Made by a program: the position numbers and the translations under genes. The notes under the pieces were generated by a model. The model ran no database searches, was not told where the DNA came from, and saw nothing but the letters and a program-made list of their open reading frames with translations. Positions 26,004 to 36,025 of a DNA stretch of 64,000 nt are shown in pieces. Location: the IMG/VR virus record IMGVR_UViG_3300028920_000023; one strand, given 5' to 3'. The DNA comes from a virus (lineage: Duplodnaviria; Caudoviricetes). Each line of letters opens with the position of its first letter. Position 1 is the stretch's first letter.

Positions 26004-27453
26004 ATAATTCCTTTACAAATCTTATTCTTCTTCCAGTGTATATTTTTCTATATCCGAACTTTACTGCAAAATCTGATTCTTTCATCCTTATCGATCTAGC
26101 ATGAACATATAAAGTTTTCTTATGTATAATATGCCCGTTGGAATCTACATACCAATAACTAGGCTTGTTACAACCGTCTTCCATCCATCCAGACGCTTTA
26201 TAAATGGTCCCCAAATGTTGGAAGGCCTCATCAGAAAATGCCAATAGATATTTCACATATGTTCTGTTCTTTTTTATAAACTTCACACATCTGGACAAAA
26301 ACCAAGACGATAAATTATGAGAATAATACCCAGGATTAAGACAGAATTTATTTAATTCTAATACCTGGTGAGGCTCTGCCCCTAACCTATCAGCGCTCTC
26401 TTTTCTAGTAATCGAGGAAAAAGAAGATACACCAATAAGTATAGTACGATGATAAATTCCAAAGTATGTTCCTCCTCTCCCACCTTTTGTCATATAATGA
26501 TACTTCGATAAAAATTCATCGCCCTCCTTACGATTAATTACGCAGAAATTTATAGATTCCTTGTCAATATGTCTTATTTCCTCCGTCTTTCCCAAGATTT
26601 CGAATATTCTATCTCTAATTCTATTCTTAGCTAAGAATTCGTGTTCCCATAATATCAACAAATCGTAATCCTTCGCCAATTTCTCATTATAGAACTTCAT
26701 AAATTTCTTATCTTTCTCAACCCGTTCCGGTATAAACCTGTGATGGTAATCTCCATTTACGAATATAATACACGGCCTATCGGACAAGATCATCGCATCA
26801 CATCTATAAGAACCAAAAGATAATTTTCTAATATCTTCAGGCTCCTTATAATATTCTAAACCTAAATCATCTAGTATCGAATATAAAATTAATTGATTAG
26901 AACTGATCCAATTGTGGTTGTTGCTTATTCTTTCCATCCCAGAAAACCAAGCTTCTCTAAATTTTTTAGTTCTCCATAATTCTTTCATCTTAACTGACGC
27001 AGATCTTCTCATCTCCTCTGTATAGGGCTTCCTCAACTTCATCTTTGCTGCTTTAACAGGATCACAATATGCTTTATTAACAGCATCGGATATTTTACGT
27101 CTAAAATCCTCGGTCACTAATGATAAAGACATTTTACGACTTAGTTCGCGGTTTTCCTGTCTACGCTGAGTAGAGGCCGAAGCACTGTGGGCATTCTTTC
27201 TTTGCTCTTCTGTAAGAGATAACAATTTCATAATACTTTTACTCTTATCAATCTTACTAATCATATTGTGTCTATATTTCTCATCTTTCCATAGTCTCTT
27301 TAAATTCTGGGAATTTTTATTTCCTATTTTCTCATACATACATTTTCTGCAATTTTTCGTACCTTTCGATCTTCTATTATATAGAGCCCTCTTAGTTAAC
27401 TCGATATTCCTATTGCAATTAGGGCAAGAAATAATCACCTTCTCAGACATCAT
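25996..27453 (-). CDS. Zn-finger + Vsr/DUF559-like endonuclease + Mom-like GNAT fusion (copy B)
   Basis: Paralog of 8414..10150: YRCDAMI..FVNGDYHH..LWEHE; KYHY..ELNKFC..SSWFLS..LAFSD..HLGTIYKASGW..KPSYWYVD. Confidence 0.75.
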   Translation of the reverse strand: MMSEKVIISCPNCNRNIELTKRALYNRRSKGTKNCRKCMYEKIGNKNSQNLKRLWKDEKYRHNMISKIDKSKSIMKLLSLTEEQRKNAHSASASTQRRQENRELSRKMSLSLVTEDFRRKISDAVNKAYCDPVKAAKMKLRKPYTEEMRRSASVKMKELWRTKKFREAWFSGMERISNNHNWISSNQLILYSILDDLGLEYYKEPEDIRKLSFGSYRCDAMILSDRPCIIFVNGDYHHRFIPERVEKDKKFMKFYNEKLAKDYDLLILWEHEFLAKNRIRDRIFEILGKTEEIRHIDKESINFCVINRKEGDEFLSKYHYMTKGGRGGTYFGIYHRTILIGVSSFSSITRKESADRLGAEPHQVLELNKFCLNPGYYSHNLSSWFLSRCVKFIKKNRTYVKYLLAFSDEAFQHLGTIYKASGWMEDGCNKPSYWYVDSNGHIIHKKTLYVHARSIRMKESDFAVKFGYRKIYTGRRIRFVKELYG

Positions 27454-27896
27454 CTAGCCGTCTCCAACCTAGCCGTAGGTATATCAAGCTCCACTAAAAG
27501 ATCATAATTCCCCGGATTACCACTAGGATCAAATAATTCCTCAGCCTCATCCGGAGTAAATTTATCCAACTTAAAATAACCATAAATCTTAATCTCCAAT
27601 AAATTCCTAGAATCATCAGAATTCAAAACAACCTCTCTAACCTGCACTCTCCTCTCATACGTGCTAATAGCCTCACGAATATCATTCTCCAACTCATCCA
27701 AAGACTGTTCATCCATATTATCGAACACAAATGTACGAATCCGAGTACCAAAATCAGGCCGCATCACCCGTTCATCAGGAGCTGTAAGCAACAACTGGAC
27801 AAGATCATTCTTTATAAGACGCTCACCCTCCTGCCTAGATAAAATATTCTCCTGACCACCAATAAAAGGCGCATTATAGCCAAAATACTTGATCAT
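27450..27896 (-). CDS. baseplate wedge protein gp25/W-like
   Basis: LLLTAPDERVMRPDFGTRI..FVFD, I.EAISTYERRVQV. Confidence 0.9.
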   Translation of the reverse strand: MIKYFGYNAPFIGGQENILSRQEGERLIKNDLVQLLLTAPDERVMRPDFGTRIRTFVFDNMDEQSLDELENDIREAISTYERRVQVREVVLNSDDSRNLLEIKIYGYFKLDKFTPDEAEELFDPSGNPGNYDLLVELDIPTARLETAR

Positions 27897-28609
27897 CGCA
27901 CCATCTCCCTAACAACCAAAATCTCATCATAAACATCCTTAGCCAATTCATTCAGATCATTCCCATACTCAATCAAACGATCTCTCTCAGCAACCAACTC
28001 CTCCTCCCTCTGAACCAATTTCTCATATATCTCAGACCCAGTAGCCCCTATAACAGCAGAAGCTGCGTTCTTGATCTTCCTAACCTCACTGAGCTGCTTA
28101 TTAGAGTCAGAAATCTTGGTCTCATTATCCTTGATATCAGACTGAATCTCGTTATAATCTTTAATCAACTCATTAAGCTGGTCCTGCGACTTCTGTATAA
28201 GCTCAGAAGCTTCCTCTTCTGTGAGGCCGGCAGCCTCCAAATTCAAACGATTCGTGTTCTGCTGCAGTTCCAAAACAGCCGGAATCTCTGGGAAAGAAAG
28301 CTCAGGCACGTCCTCATCACCAAATTCAAGAACCTGGCCGACCTCATAACCCTTCTGGCCATCGCCAACCAAAGTATTGGCACCAGAAGAAACATTAAAA
28401 ATATAATCCCCATACGTAGAACGCCTCTGATTATAAGTATAAATCTTGGGAGGGAGAGGCCTTAATTCCTCACCCCTAAACAATTGTCTAGTGATACTCG
28501 TATCCCTTGGAGGATCTTCACTGCTTATAATAAAAGTTACACTCTGATTATCAGAAGCCTCTTTAGGTAATAGAGGAGAATATAAAGCCGTAGGAAATTC
28601 AATTATCAA
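27893..28609 (-). CDS. hypothetical protein with C-terminal coiled coil
   Basis: TTG start with GGAG SD; lies within the baseplate operon. Confidence 0.6.
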   Translation of the reverse strand: MIIEFPTALYSPLLPKEASDNQSVTFIISSEDPPRDTSITRQLFRGEELRPLPPKIYTYNQRRSTYGDYIFNVSSGANTLVGDGQKGYEVGQVLEFGDEDVPELSFPEIPAVLELQQNTNRLNLEAAGLTEEEASELIQKSQDQLNELIKDYNEIQSDIKDNETKISDSNKQLSEVRKIKNAASAVIGATGSEIYEKLVQREEELVAERDRLIEYGNDLNELAKDVYDEILVVREMVR

Positions 28610-28619
28610 AGCATTCTCC

Positions 28620-30794
28620 TCAGTCGCAGGAAGTTATAACGTTCTCGTCTACTTCCTCAGGAGTATATTCGACAAACGCCCTATCCTCTGGCTTCCTCTT
28701 ATCCTGTTTGATCTCCTGCGGATCAAGCGGTGTATTTCCACTACCAGCTTCTTCTTGTGCGCCCCCACCAGGTGCAGCACCGGGAAGAAAACCATTCAAT
28801 TCAGGAGCATTCACAGCCACATCAGTATTAACACCATTACCAGCCAACTGCAAATGCCCAGAACCAGAAGACTCGAAATCTATATTAGAACCAGCTTTGA
28901 ATGAAATCCTGTTAGCAGCCTTAAATGCTATATTCCTACCAGAGACAATCTCGATATCCTGTTGACAATAAATCTGAATCTTACCATTCTCATTATTCCG
29001 GATAATAACTGTATCGTTCTTATCATTAATGACGATATACTGTTCTTTACCCTCTTTAGCCCTAAGAACACTTATACCCTCGTTCTTAGATAGCCATAAA
29101 CCACGATCCTCAATATCGACAACCTCAGTCCATGCACCATCCTGACCTACCCTACCATCACGAGCCTCCAAACCCTGGTTAATACCACCCTCCGCAGAAG
29201 CCAAACCAAGAGGCTCGTCTCTCCTACCATTATCTCCTCCGGCAGCTGTCTTTAGTCTAAGATAACCATTATGCTTATCTAACTTAAAATGATAAGTATC
29301 CTTCTCAGGTTCTTCCGTCATCGCTACCTTAGTAGCAAATTCGTTCTCTTCTAATTTCTTCCATTCACGAGATACCTCCGAGTCGGTATCTGTGCACGCC
29401 ATAATATAATCTTCTCTATCATTTAATTCTACGATCTTGGATTTAGGAGAATACCATCTTGTTGTATTTAATTCGTCTTTATCGATAGCTTCAAAACCAA
29501 AACCCCTCGCTGCTCCAGGGCTGTCCGTCCAGCTTCTTCTGGTTTTAAGCAGCCAGCCATTACCTCTGGGGAGTTCCTCTGCCTCAGCATCTGTTGGACT
29601 TGTCCCCCTATCATCTAATACAAACTTAAACCCATATCTTGTCACAAAACGCATCTGCCGAGAGTCACGTTTTGTCCAACCATGCTCTTCCTCTAAATCA
29701 CCCTTAGATCCTACTTCATCTATAAGTTTCTTCTTATAGAATTCATCCTCCGAGGGATGGAAACCTATGTCCATTAACTGGATCAGATGTCCACCTTTAG
29801 TTCTCCATTTCATCCATCTCTCATCAGATTTTGCATTTCTAGATAATATCCTCTGTGGGCCATACTCATCGGATCTACTGGTGCCACCTACGGCACTACA
29901 CCCGGACATCGATCCGCCTTGTTGCGCCCATCCTACGTCTCTCATTTCGAATTTATGACCAGCTCTAGTTAGAATTAGGTATTTTCTTTGGTCCTGCTCA
30001 TTAGAGTCTGGTTGATCTTCGTTCAATAGTCTAGTTAGGTATTTGCTGCGTTCTATTTCAAAATCCCGGTCTTTCTCAAAATCGCCTTCGAATTCTCCTA
30101 ATGATCCTTCTTTTTTCCAATAGTACCCCACATCTGATTGTAGAACCAATATTCCGTATTTGGTTACTTCTGTAACGTATTTCCTGTCTGGGTTGTTTAT
30201 TTCGGGTTTTGCGCCTATGTCGAAGTTTCGTCTGGCTATGGCGTCTGTGTCTGGATCGGCTGGTTTTATATCGTGTTCTACTGGGAAGTATCCTACGGAA
30301 CTTGCTATTTTGTAGTTTCCATAACGGTCTCTTTGGCCGTTTGACATTGGTCTGTAGTCTTTTGGTAGGTATTCTTGTAGGTAATCGTCTGGTGTTTCGT
30401 CGGCACTTCCGTCTAGTTTGAGTGCTAGTGGGCTTGGGTGATATATGGATTCTAGTGGGTATCGTTTTCTTCTTGTTCCAGATGCGAATCCGCACCAGAT
30501 TGGTCCGTAGGGGTGGTTTTTCTCCCAGGTTATCCAGATTATGTCGCCGATTATGGGGTGTGTCCAGGACCCGGCGTTTTTACCTCCTAGGTAGGGTGCT
30601 GGTATTGCCCATGGACATTCTGTGTTTCTGATGTCTTCGTCGTGTAGTTCGGGGCATTTGAATCTTACTCGGTATATCTGTAGTGGGTCGTTTGTGTCTA
30701 TAACTAGGGCGCGATACCAGCCTGGAAAGCGGTTGAATAAGTCTTTAACTCTATTCTGGTGGAATTTCCCCCATACTTGTCCTAGATTGTCCAT
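28620..30794 (-). CDS. baseplate hub / spike protein (gp5/VgrG-like, N-terminal OB fold)
   Basis: YRALVIDTNDPLQIYRVRFKCP, PWA.P, P.IGDIIWITWE...P.W; C-terminal beta-helix repeats (IEIVSGRNIAFKAANRISFKAG). Confidence 0.85.
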   Translation of the reverse strand: MDNLGQVWGKFHQNRVKDLFNRFPGWYRALVIDTNDPLQIYRVRFKCPELHDEDIRNTECPWAIPAPYLGGKNAGSWTHPIIGDIIWITWEKNHPYGPIWCGFASGTRRKRYPLESIYHPSPLALKLDGSADETPDDYLQEYLPKDYRPMSNGQRDRYGNYKIASSVGYFPVEHDIKPADPDTDAIARRNFDIGAKPEINNPDRKYVTEVTKYGILVLQSDVGYYWKKEGSLGEFEGDFEKDRDFEIERSKYLTRLLNEDQPDSNEQDQRKYLILTRAGHKFEMRDVGWAQQGGSMSGCSAVGGTSRSDEYGPQRILSRNAKSDERWMKWRTKGGHLIQLMDIGFHPSEDEFYKKKLIDEVGSKGDLEEEHGWTKRDSRQMRFVTRYGFKFVLDDRGTSPTDAEAEELPRGNGWLLKTRRSWTDSPGAARGFGFEAIDKDELNTTRWYSPKSKIVELNDREDYIMACTDTDSEVSREWKKLEENEFATKVAMTEEPEKDTYHFKLDKHNGYLRLKTAAGGDNGRRDEPLGLASAEGGINQGLEARDGRVGQDGAWTEVVDIEDRGLWLSKNEGISVLRAKEGKEQYIVINDKNDTVIIRNNENGKIQIYCQQDIEIVSGRNIAFKAANRISFKAGSNIDFESSGSGHLQLAGNGVNTDVAVNAPELNGFLPGAAPGGGAQEEAGSGNTPLDPQEIKQDKRKPEDRAFVEYTPEEVDENVITSCD

Positions 30795-31111
30795 TATAAT
30801 AGCCTCATTACTGAATCCTTATTGGGGAATTGTATTGTTTCCCCTGCTTGTGGCCATCCTAATGTATTTAGTGGTCTGTTGAACATTGTGATTACCCAGA
30901 ATAGGGATGGTGTTCCGTAATATTCTTGTGATATTAGGTCTGGTCTTCCTTGGTTAATTTGGTCTATTTTGATGGTTGTTATTTGTTCGTCGTTGAGGTT
31001 TTTTCTTTCTAGTTCTGGTGGTCTGTTCCATAGTCCGAATGTTTCTTTGCCGTCTTTTATGACGGGTTCGGTGTCTTTAAATCTTGAGAATTCGCTGGTT
31101 AGTATAGGCAT
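30794..31111 (-). CDS. baseplate protein gp53-like (LysM/TailX-type)
   Basis: GRPDLISQEYYGTPSLFWVI..FN. Confidence 0.8.
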   Translation of the reverse strand: MPILTSEFSRFKDTEPVIKDGKETFGLWNRPPELERKNLNDEQITTIKIDQINQGRPDLISQEYYGTPSLFWVITMFNRPLNTLGWPQAGETIQFPNKDSVMRLL

Positions 31112-31114
31112 GTT

Positions 31115-31660
31115 TTAGTACCATGTGAGTGCTGGTTTCTGGAGATTCTTGTTTATTATCTTAGGGTCACTTGTCTTGGTGGCTAGATTCGTGGCCAGCT
31201 CTAGTAAGACAGCTACCTTAGTGTAAAGCGGGTGTATTCCTTGGTTTTCTATAATTTCTGGTCCAAAAGTTATATTGACGTCCCTTATTCTAAATTGGGT
31301 ATTTTGCGGTATTGTCTTAGTATATCTTACCTGCACAGTAGGATAAATCCGTTTATTTTTTATTTCAAATTCGAAGAAATAAGATTTTAGTTTCTTGAGT
31401 TCTAAACCGACTTTTGAACAATTGAATTTCCTATCCGAGGCCAAATATTCCCATTCCATATTGACCCTTCGGCCTTGAGATCCCTTATGAATTCTCAGTG
31501 GTTCATAAGACCATTGTGGTACTTCCATCCATAAGGAACTGTTGTTCTCAGAAACTAGCTTAGGAGCAAATTGAAATTCTATGCGCTTAGAATTATACAA
31601 TTTAAACCAACATTGCTCAGCTAATTTCTTATCAAATTGTCTCAATGATGAGTCTGGCAT
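31115..31660 (-). CDS. putative tail-tube initiator / baseplate protein
   Basis: FQFAP.LVSE...W, YEP, LEL motifs; lies between the tape measure and gp53. Confidence 0.5.
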   Translation of the reverse strand: MPDSSLRQFDKKLAEQCWFKLYNSKRIEFQFAPKLVSENNSSLWMEVPQWSYEPLRIHKGSQGRRVNMEWEYLASDRKFNCSKVGLELKKLKSYFFEFEIKNKRIYPTVQVRYTKTIPQNTQFRIRDVNITFGPEIIENQGIHPLYTKVAVLLELATNLATKTSDPKIINKNLQKPALTWY

Positions 31661-31661
31661 T

Positions 31662-34600
31662 TTAGGAGACCCACTGATTCGCTTGGACAGTCAAACCCGA
31701 ACTCGTTTCTTGTTTTGCCTCCAAAAGATCCCTTATCGAGATCAGGATCTCGGCAACATCCTTGTTAGATGATTTGTTTGAAATGTCATTCAGCAAGGTA
31801 TTCGTTGTTTGAAGTTCTTTGTTCTCTTCTTTTGGTGGTCTTGCACTATCTTCATCTATTTTGACCTTCGCTACTTCATTTGGACGTGCTCTCATTTTCT
31901 CCGTAGCTTTTTCTGCTTCATTAACTTTACCCATAGCTTTATTTTTTTGGTTTTTCAATGCTTGTTCTGCTTTTACTAATTCTCTGCGCCATTGTTCTAG
32001 AGATTCGCTCTCATAATCACCAAACGGATTTTCCGCATCTGGCTCCAGTGCGAACATATTTTGTACAGCTTCTGTTAGATCTTCAAATTGTTCTATTTGT
32101 TTATCTACAGTAAGACTATCTTTTAGCTTTTTAGCTTCATCGCTAGCTCTAGTCATTTGATCTGCTACGAGCCTGGAATCATCTAACAAGTCCTTCATAG
32201 TTATATCTTTTTGGGTCTTCTGCCGCTCCTTTAGGATATGATCCATGTTCTTTTCGAAAATTAGTTTCTCTTTGCTGGCCGTAATACCTACTTGTTCTAT
32301 TCTCTTCTGCTCTTGTATCTTCTTCTTTTCTTTTTCACGAATAGCTATCATTTTCTCGTGTTCTGCTGTTATATCCGCCGTTATTTTCTTTATTCCTTCT
32401 TGATCCTTATACAACTCAGTTATCGGTTTGTGTGTACGCAAGGCCTCCTTGCGGATACCCAGTATAATCGCTTGAGCAAGATTACCTTGCTTAATAGCTT
32501 CCTGATATTGCTTATCAAGAACATTAACATCGCCTATTACTGCCTTATTCGCTTTAGCTTGAGCCACCACCAGAGAATTCAGTTTATTTTCTAATTCCAT
32601 GATCTCCTTAGTCTTTTTGATCGTAACTCCGGTATCATCTCCAAATAGATATCCAATCCCCTTCGATATCGCAGACGGGTCTAACATTATTGCATCAATG
32701 GCATCACTATATGCCTGCATCTCAGCTTTATCCATCTGCTCAATTCTTAATTTTGTTAATTTAGTCCTCAATTGTTTTATTTCTTCCTCATGTATCCCTT
32801 GCATAATTTTCTTTTGTTCTAATAATTTATCACGACGTCTATCTAATGCCTTATTCCCTTCCTCGATAGAGGCTTTACCTTCCTTGAATGCCTTGTGAGT
32901 ATCATAGACCCCCTTAGCCAATATATAAATTTCGGCGGCTATAGCTGCCCAGAATCCAAACTGAAGAACACGCAACCCGCTCATGCCTTTAAGCATATTA
33001 AACAATCCAGACACCTTATCACCAATAATTGAGAACCCTCTTCCTATAAAGCCACCACCTTTCCCAGTTACGCCTGCAAACATCTGTCTAAAGAAGTTAG
33101 CAACATAACCAGCCGCACCTTTCATCTTACTTACTAAACCACCAAGCATTTTACCTACAAAAGGAAATGCCTCTAATGCAGCCTTACCCACACCTAAGAT
33201 CCCACGTGTTACGCCGCCCAACAACGACCCCACTGAACCTAATAATCCGGAGAAGGCAGTTATCGTAATACCCCACGATGCCAAAGTCTTGACCCATGGG
33301 GTATCTAGGAAACCAATACTAGATTCAGCAATTGACTTAAGATAACTATGAGTAGTTTCCAAACTGTTCTTAATATCATCTACCGTAGTCTTTAGGTCCC
33401 TAATCAGTGTGTTTGTTTTATCTAGAGTCGCATTCATCTCCTTCATAGGATCTGCTGACTCTTCTGCGACCTTGTCGAAATCCTCCTGCCCACTTGCCAA
33501 TAATCTAACAGCTTTCATGATATCCATCCAATGTGCACCTTGCATACCTATCCGAGTACCCACATCTTGGATTTTGGCTATTTTACTTCTGCCACCCTCC
33601 ATATCATCAAGAATCTCAAGCCACTGCGTGGCCTGTTCAGCCAATCTCTTCTGCATAGCCGCCGGATCGTCCATAAGATTAAAAGCATCCTGGCCTATAA
33701 AGGCCACTGATTGCAAGGGATCAAGCATTCTCTTAACAACAGAAACAGCATCAGAAGTATTCATACCCAATTTTTTAGCACCACCAGCAGCACGCATAAG
33801 CGCCTTACTGTATCTCTCTGCAAACACCCCACCACGATCACCCATAACCACAGCAGATTCACCAATATTACTAAGTATTTGGTCAAGATCAGAACCAGTA
33901 AGCCCAATTTCTTTCGAAGCCCTGTTCATCCATAAGAGCTGCTTGGTAGCTGCTTTTGTATTACCCGTAACAGAAGTCAAATTCAACGCCATTCTGGCCA
34001 TGACTTCATTACTCGCACCCGCATTCCTCTTTAGAATCTGCATCTGCACGCCAATAGTATCAACAGCCTCCGCATTCTGGAAACCGACAGACCTCATAGC
34101 GACTATAGACTGTTCCAATTCCTCGGCCATAACATCATACTGACCCGCTAAATCCAAGGTTCTTTCGCTTAGAGCCTCCATCCCACCCATAGTCTGGTAA
34201 TGTAGCTCATGAAATAGTTCTTCTCTTTTTGCTGCCCTATCAACAGCAACAGAGTAAATACCAGCTGCACTGGCCATTTTAGTTAATTCGCCAAGACCTA
34301 CCGTATCCAGAGTCTTGCGTAAACCCTGGCCAATAGAACCTATAGTGTCCTTGATAGACGACCATACTTTGCCCATTGCCCTTAGACCGCCAATATAATT
34401 CTTAGCTTGACGAATATCTAGTACTTTCTTCTGAGCTTCCGCTCTGTCCTCCACGGAATCAGATAGGGCCTCTGATATTTTGTTTCTCTGTTCCTGTATT
34501 TCAAGAATCTCTTCATAAAGATCACGTTCTTTCTCAGACATCTTAATAATATCAGATTTCGTCTTAATACGATTATCCAGAGTCTTACCAATTTGTTTTT

Positions 34601-35198
34601 CGTACCTCTTCCTAAGATCATAATGCCTATATGCCAGTTTAGCTTCCTGGGTCAACAACTTACTCTTCTCGGAAGAGAATTGCCTAATTAATACCATCTC
34701 CTCCTCGGCCATACCTATGCCTTTTTTACTGCGTTTCTCCATAAGATCCATAAGATAAGGAATCGCAGTATCGGACAGGTACTTATATTGCTCTACTGCA
34801 TAATCTAGATCCTCTCCCCGGAGATATCTTATCTGAGCTACGGAACGCATAGCTGAGCTAAGGCGATCCAGCATCGCCTCTGGTAATCCGAGTTGTTTAT
34901 TCAGCCCTTCGACATTCTGTGTCGCCCCAGAAGTTTCTTTGGCAAAATTCCTAACTGACTGGGATATATCAGTCTGGGATATAGTCTTTGATGTTTTCCC
35001 AAATGATTCGGATATCTTCGTAAAGTTACTTGCGATATTTCCACCCATTTTATCCAGCATATTACTGGTGTTTTTAGCCAAATTCTGCACACGTGCCTCT
35101 AGGCTCTCGATCTTAGTCAGAGCAGAATCTAGAACCTGGTCCACGTTGCTCTGCAGAACAAGGTCAATACTGAGAGCATAGGAAGTGATGTCGGCCAT
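31662..35198 (-). CDS. tape measure protein
   Basis: Long helical Ala/Lys/Glu-rich protein with hydrophobic Gly-rich mid segments; likely start MADITS at 35198 (AGGGG SD). Confidence 0.75.
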   Translation of the reverse strand: MADITSYALSIDLVLQSNVDQVLDSALTKIESLEARVQNLAKNTSNMLDKMGGNIASNFTKISESFGKTSKTISQTDISQSVRNFAKETSGATQNVEGLNKQLGLPEAMLDRLSSAMRSVAQIRYLRGEDLDYAVEQYKYLSDTAIPYLMDLMEKRSKKGIGMAEEEMVLIRQFSSEKSKLLTQEAKLAYRHYDLRKRYEKQIGKTLDNRIKTKSDIIKMSEKERDLYEEILEIQEQRNKISEALSDSVEDRAEAQKKVLDIRQAKNYIGGLRAMGKVWSSIKDTIGSIGQGLRKTLDTVGLGELTKMASAAGIYSVAVDRAAKREELFHELHYQTMGGMEALSERTLDLAGQYDVMAEELEQSIVAMRSVGFQNAEAVDTIGVQMQILKRNAGASNEVMARMALNLTSVTGNTKAATKQLLWMNRASKEIGLTGSDLDQILSNIGESAVVMGDRGGVFAERYSKALMRAAGGAKKLGMNTSDAVSVVKRMLDPLQSVAFIGQDAFNLMDDPAAMQKRLAEQATQWLEILDDMEGGRSKIAKIQDVGTRIGMQGAHWMDIMKAVRLLASGQEDFDKVAEESADPMKEMNATLDKTNTLIRDLKTTVDDIKNSLETTHSYLKSIAESSIGFLDTPWVKTLASWGITITAFSGLLGSVGSLLGGVTRGILGVGKAALEAFPFVGKMLGGLVSKMKGAAGYVANFFRQMFAGVTGKGGGFIGRGFSIIGDKVSGLFNMLKGMSGLRVLQFGFWAAIAAEIYILAKGVYDTHKAFKEGKASIEEGNKALDRRRDKLLEQKKIMQGIHEEEIKQLRTKLTKLRIEQMDKAEMQAYSDAIDAIMLDPSAISKGIGYLFGDDTGVTIKKTKEIMELENKLNSLVVAQAKANKAVIGDVNVLDKQYQEAIKQGNLAQAIILGIRKEALRTHKPITELYKDQEGIKKITADITAEHEKMIAIREKEKKKIQEQKRIEQVGITASKEKLIFEKNMDHILKERQKTQKDITMKDLLDDSRLVADQMTRASDEAKKLKDSLTVDKQIEQFEDLTEAVQNMFALEPDAENPFGDYESESLEQWRRELVKAEQALKNQKNKAMGKVNEAEKATEKMRARPNEVAKVKIDEDSARPPKEENKELQTTNTLLNDISNKSSNKDVAEILISIRDLLEAKQETSSGLTVQANQWVS

Positions 35199-35293
35199 GG
35201 ATACCCCTACGATAATTACTCTTAATATGTTTGGTTTACTATCTACTTTACAAATTATCCTAGCACGATACAACAAGACAAAGGAGGAACATC

Positions 35294-36025
35294 ATGAACG
35301 AAGAAGGCACACTACCTTGGATAAAAAGAAATCTAATCGGCATAGCGCTACTAACAGTCTTTCTGGTCCCAGTCGGTTTCCTGGTTATACTGATATCCAG
35401 ACTAATATTGCTAGGGCCGAAGAAAGCCTTTATCAAAATGCCGTCTATAAAACAATCCTTCATAGTCGGATTGGCTGTCTTGTGGGTGCCCATCGTGCTG
35501 CCAGATCCGGAAGAAGGAAGAATGGGAGCATATAGCGAAAGCAACCCCGCAGGGTACGACTACAAGATAGAAGGAAAGAAAGTAATCTTCAACAAACCAC
35601 CAAAAGAAAGAAAAAACAACCAACTGTTTGTGACCTGTTACGATGGGAAGAGATACTACGTAAAGCCAGAAACCAATGGACGAACCAAAATATTCACAAT
35701 ACAAGGCCCAGATACGAAATTCGACGAAGACAGCCCAGCAGAAGGCGTAGGTGTAAAATGCGTAGTGAGGAGACTACAGAGAAACTACGCAATATCCAAG
35801 AAAAAATTCGAATCAGATCCACTCAAATACGCATGGTCTAATCACAATTGGGACGAGCGAGTACCAGACGGATACAACGCCGGACACCACAAGAGAGGCT
35901 ATTGGACCTTCTGGACCATACTCATGCTATCACTCGGAGCATTAACCCTACTAGGTGCAGTAGTCGACACTACACCTTCACAGCACTCGCATCATAATCA
36001 AGACGAGCCAAATACAAATCAGTGA
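35294..36025 (+). CDS. hypothetical membrane protein
   Basis: GGAGG SD; N- and C-terminal transmembrane segments. Confidence 0.65.
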   Translation: MNEEGTLPWIKRNLIGIALLTVFLVPVGFLVILISRLILLGPKKAFIKMPSIKQSFIVGLAVLWVPIVLPDPEEGRMGAYSESNPAGYDYKIEGKKVIFNKPPKERKNNQLFVTCYDGKRYYVKPETNGRTKIFTIQGPDTKFDEDSPAEGVGVKCVVRRLQRNYAISKKKFESDPLKYAWSNHNWDERVPDGYNAGHHKRGYWTFWTILMLSLGALTLLGAVVDTTPSQHSHHNQDEPNTNQ

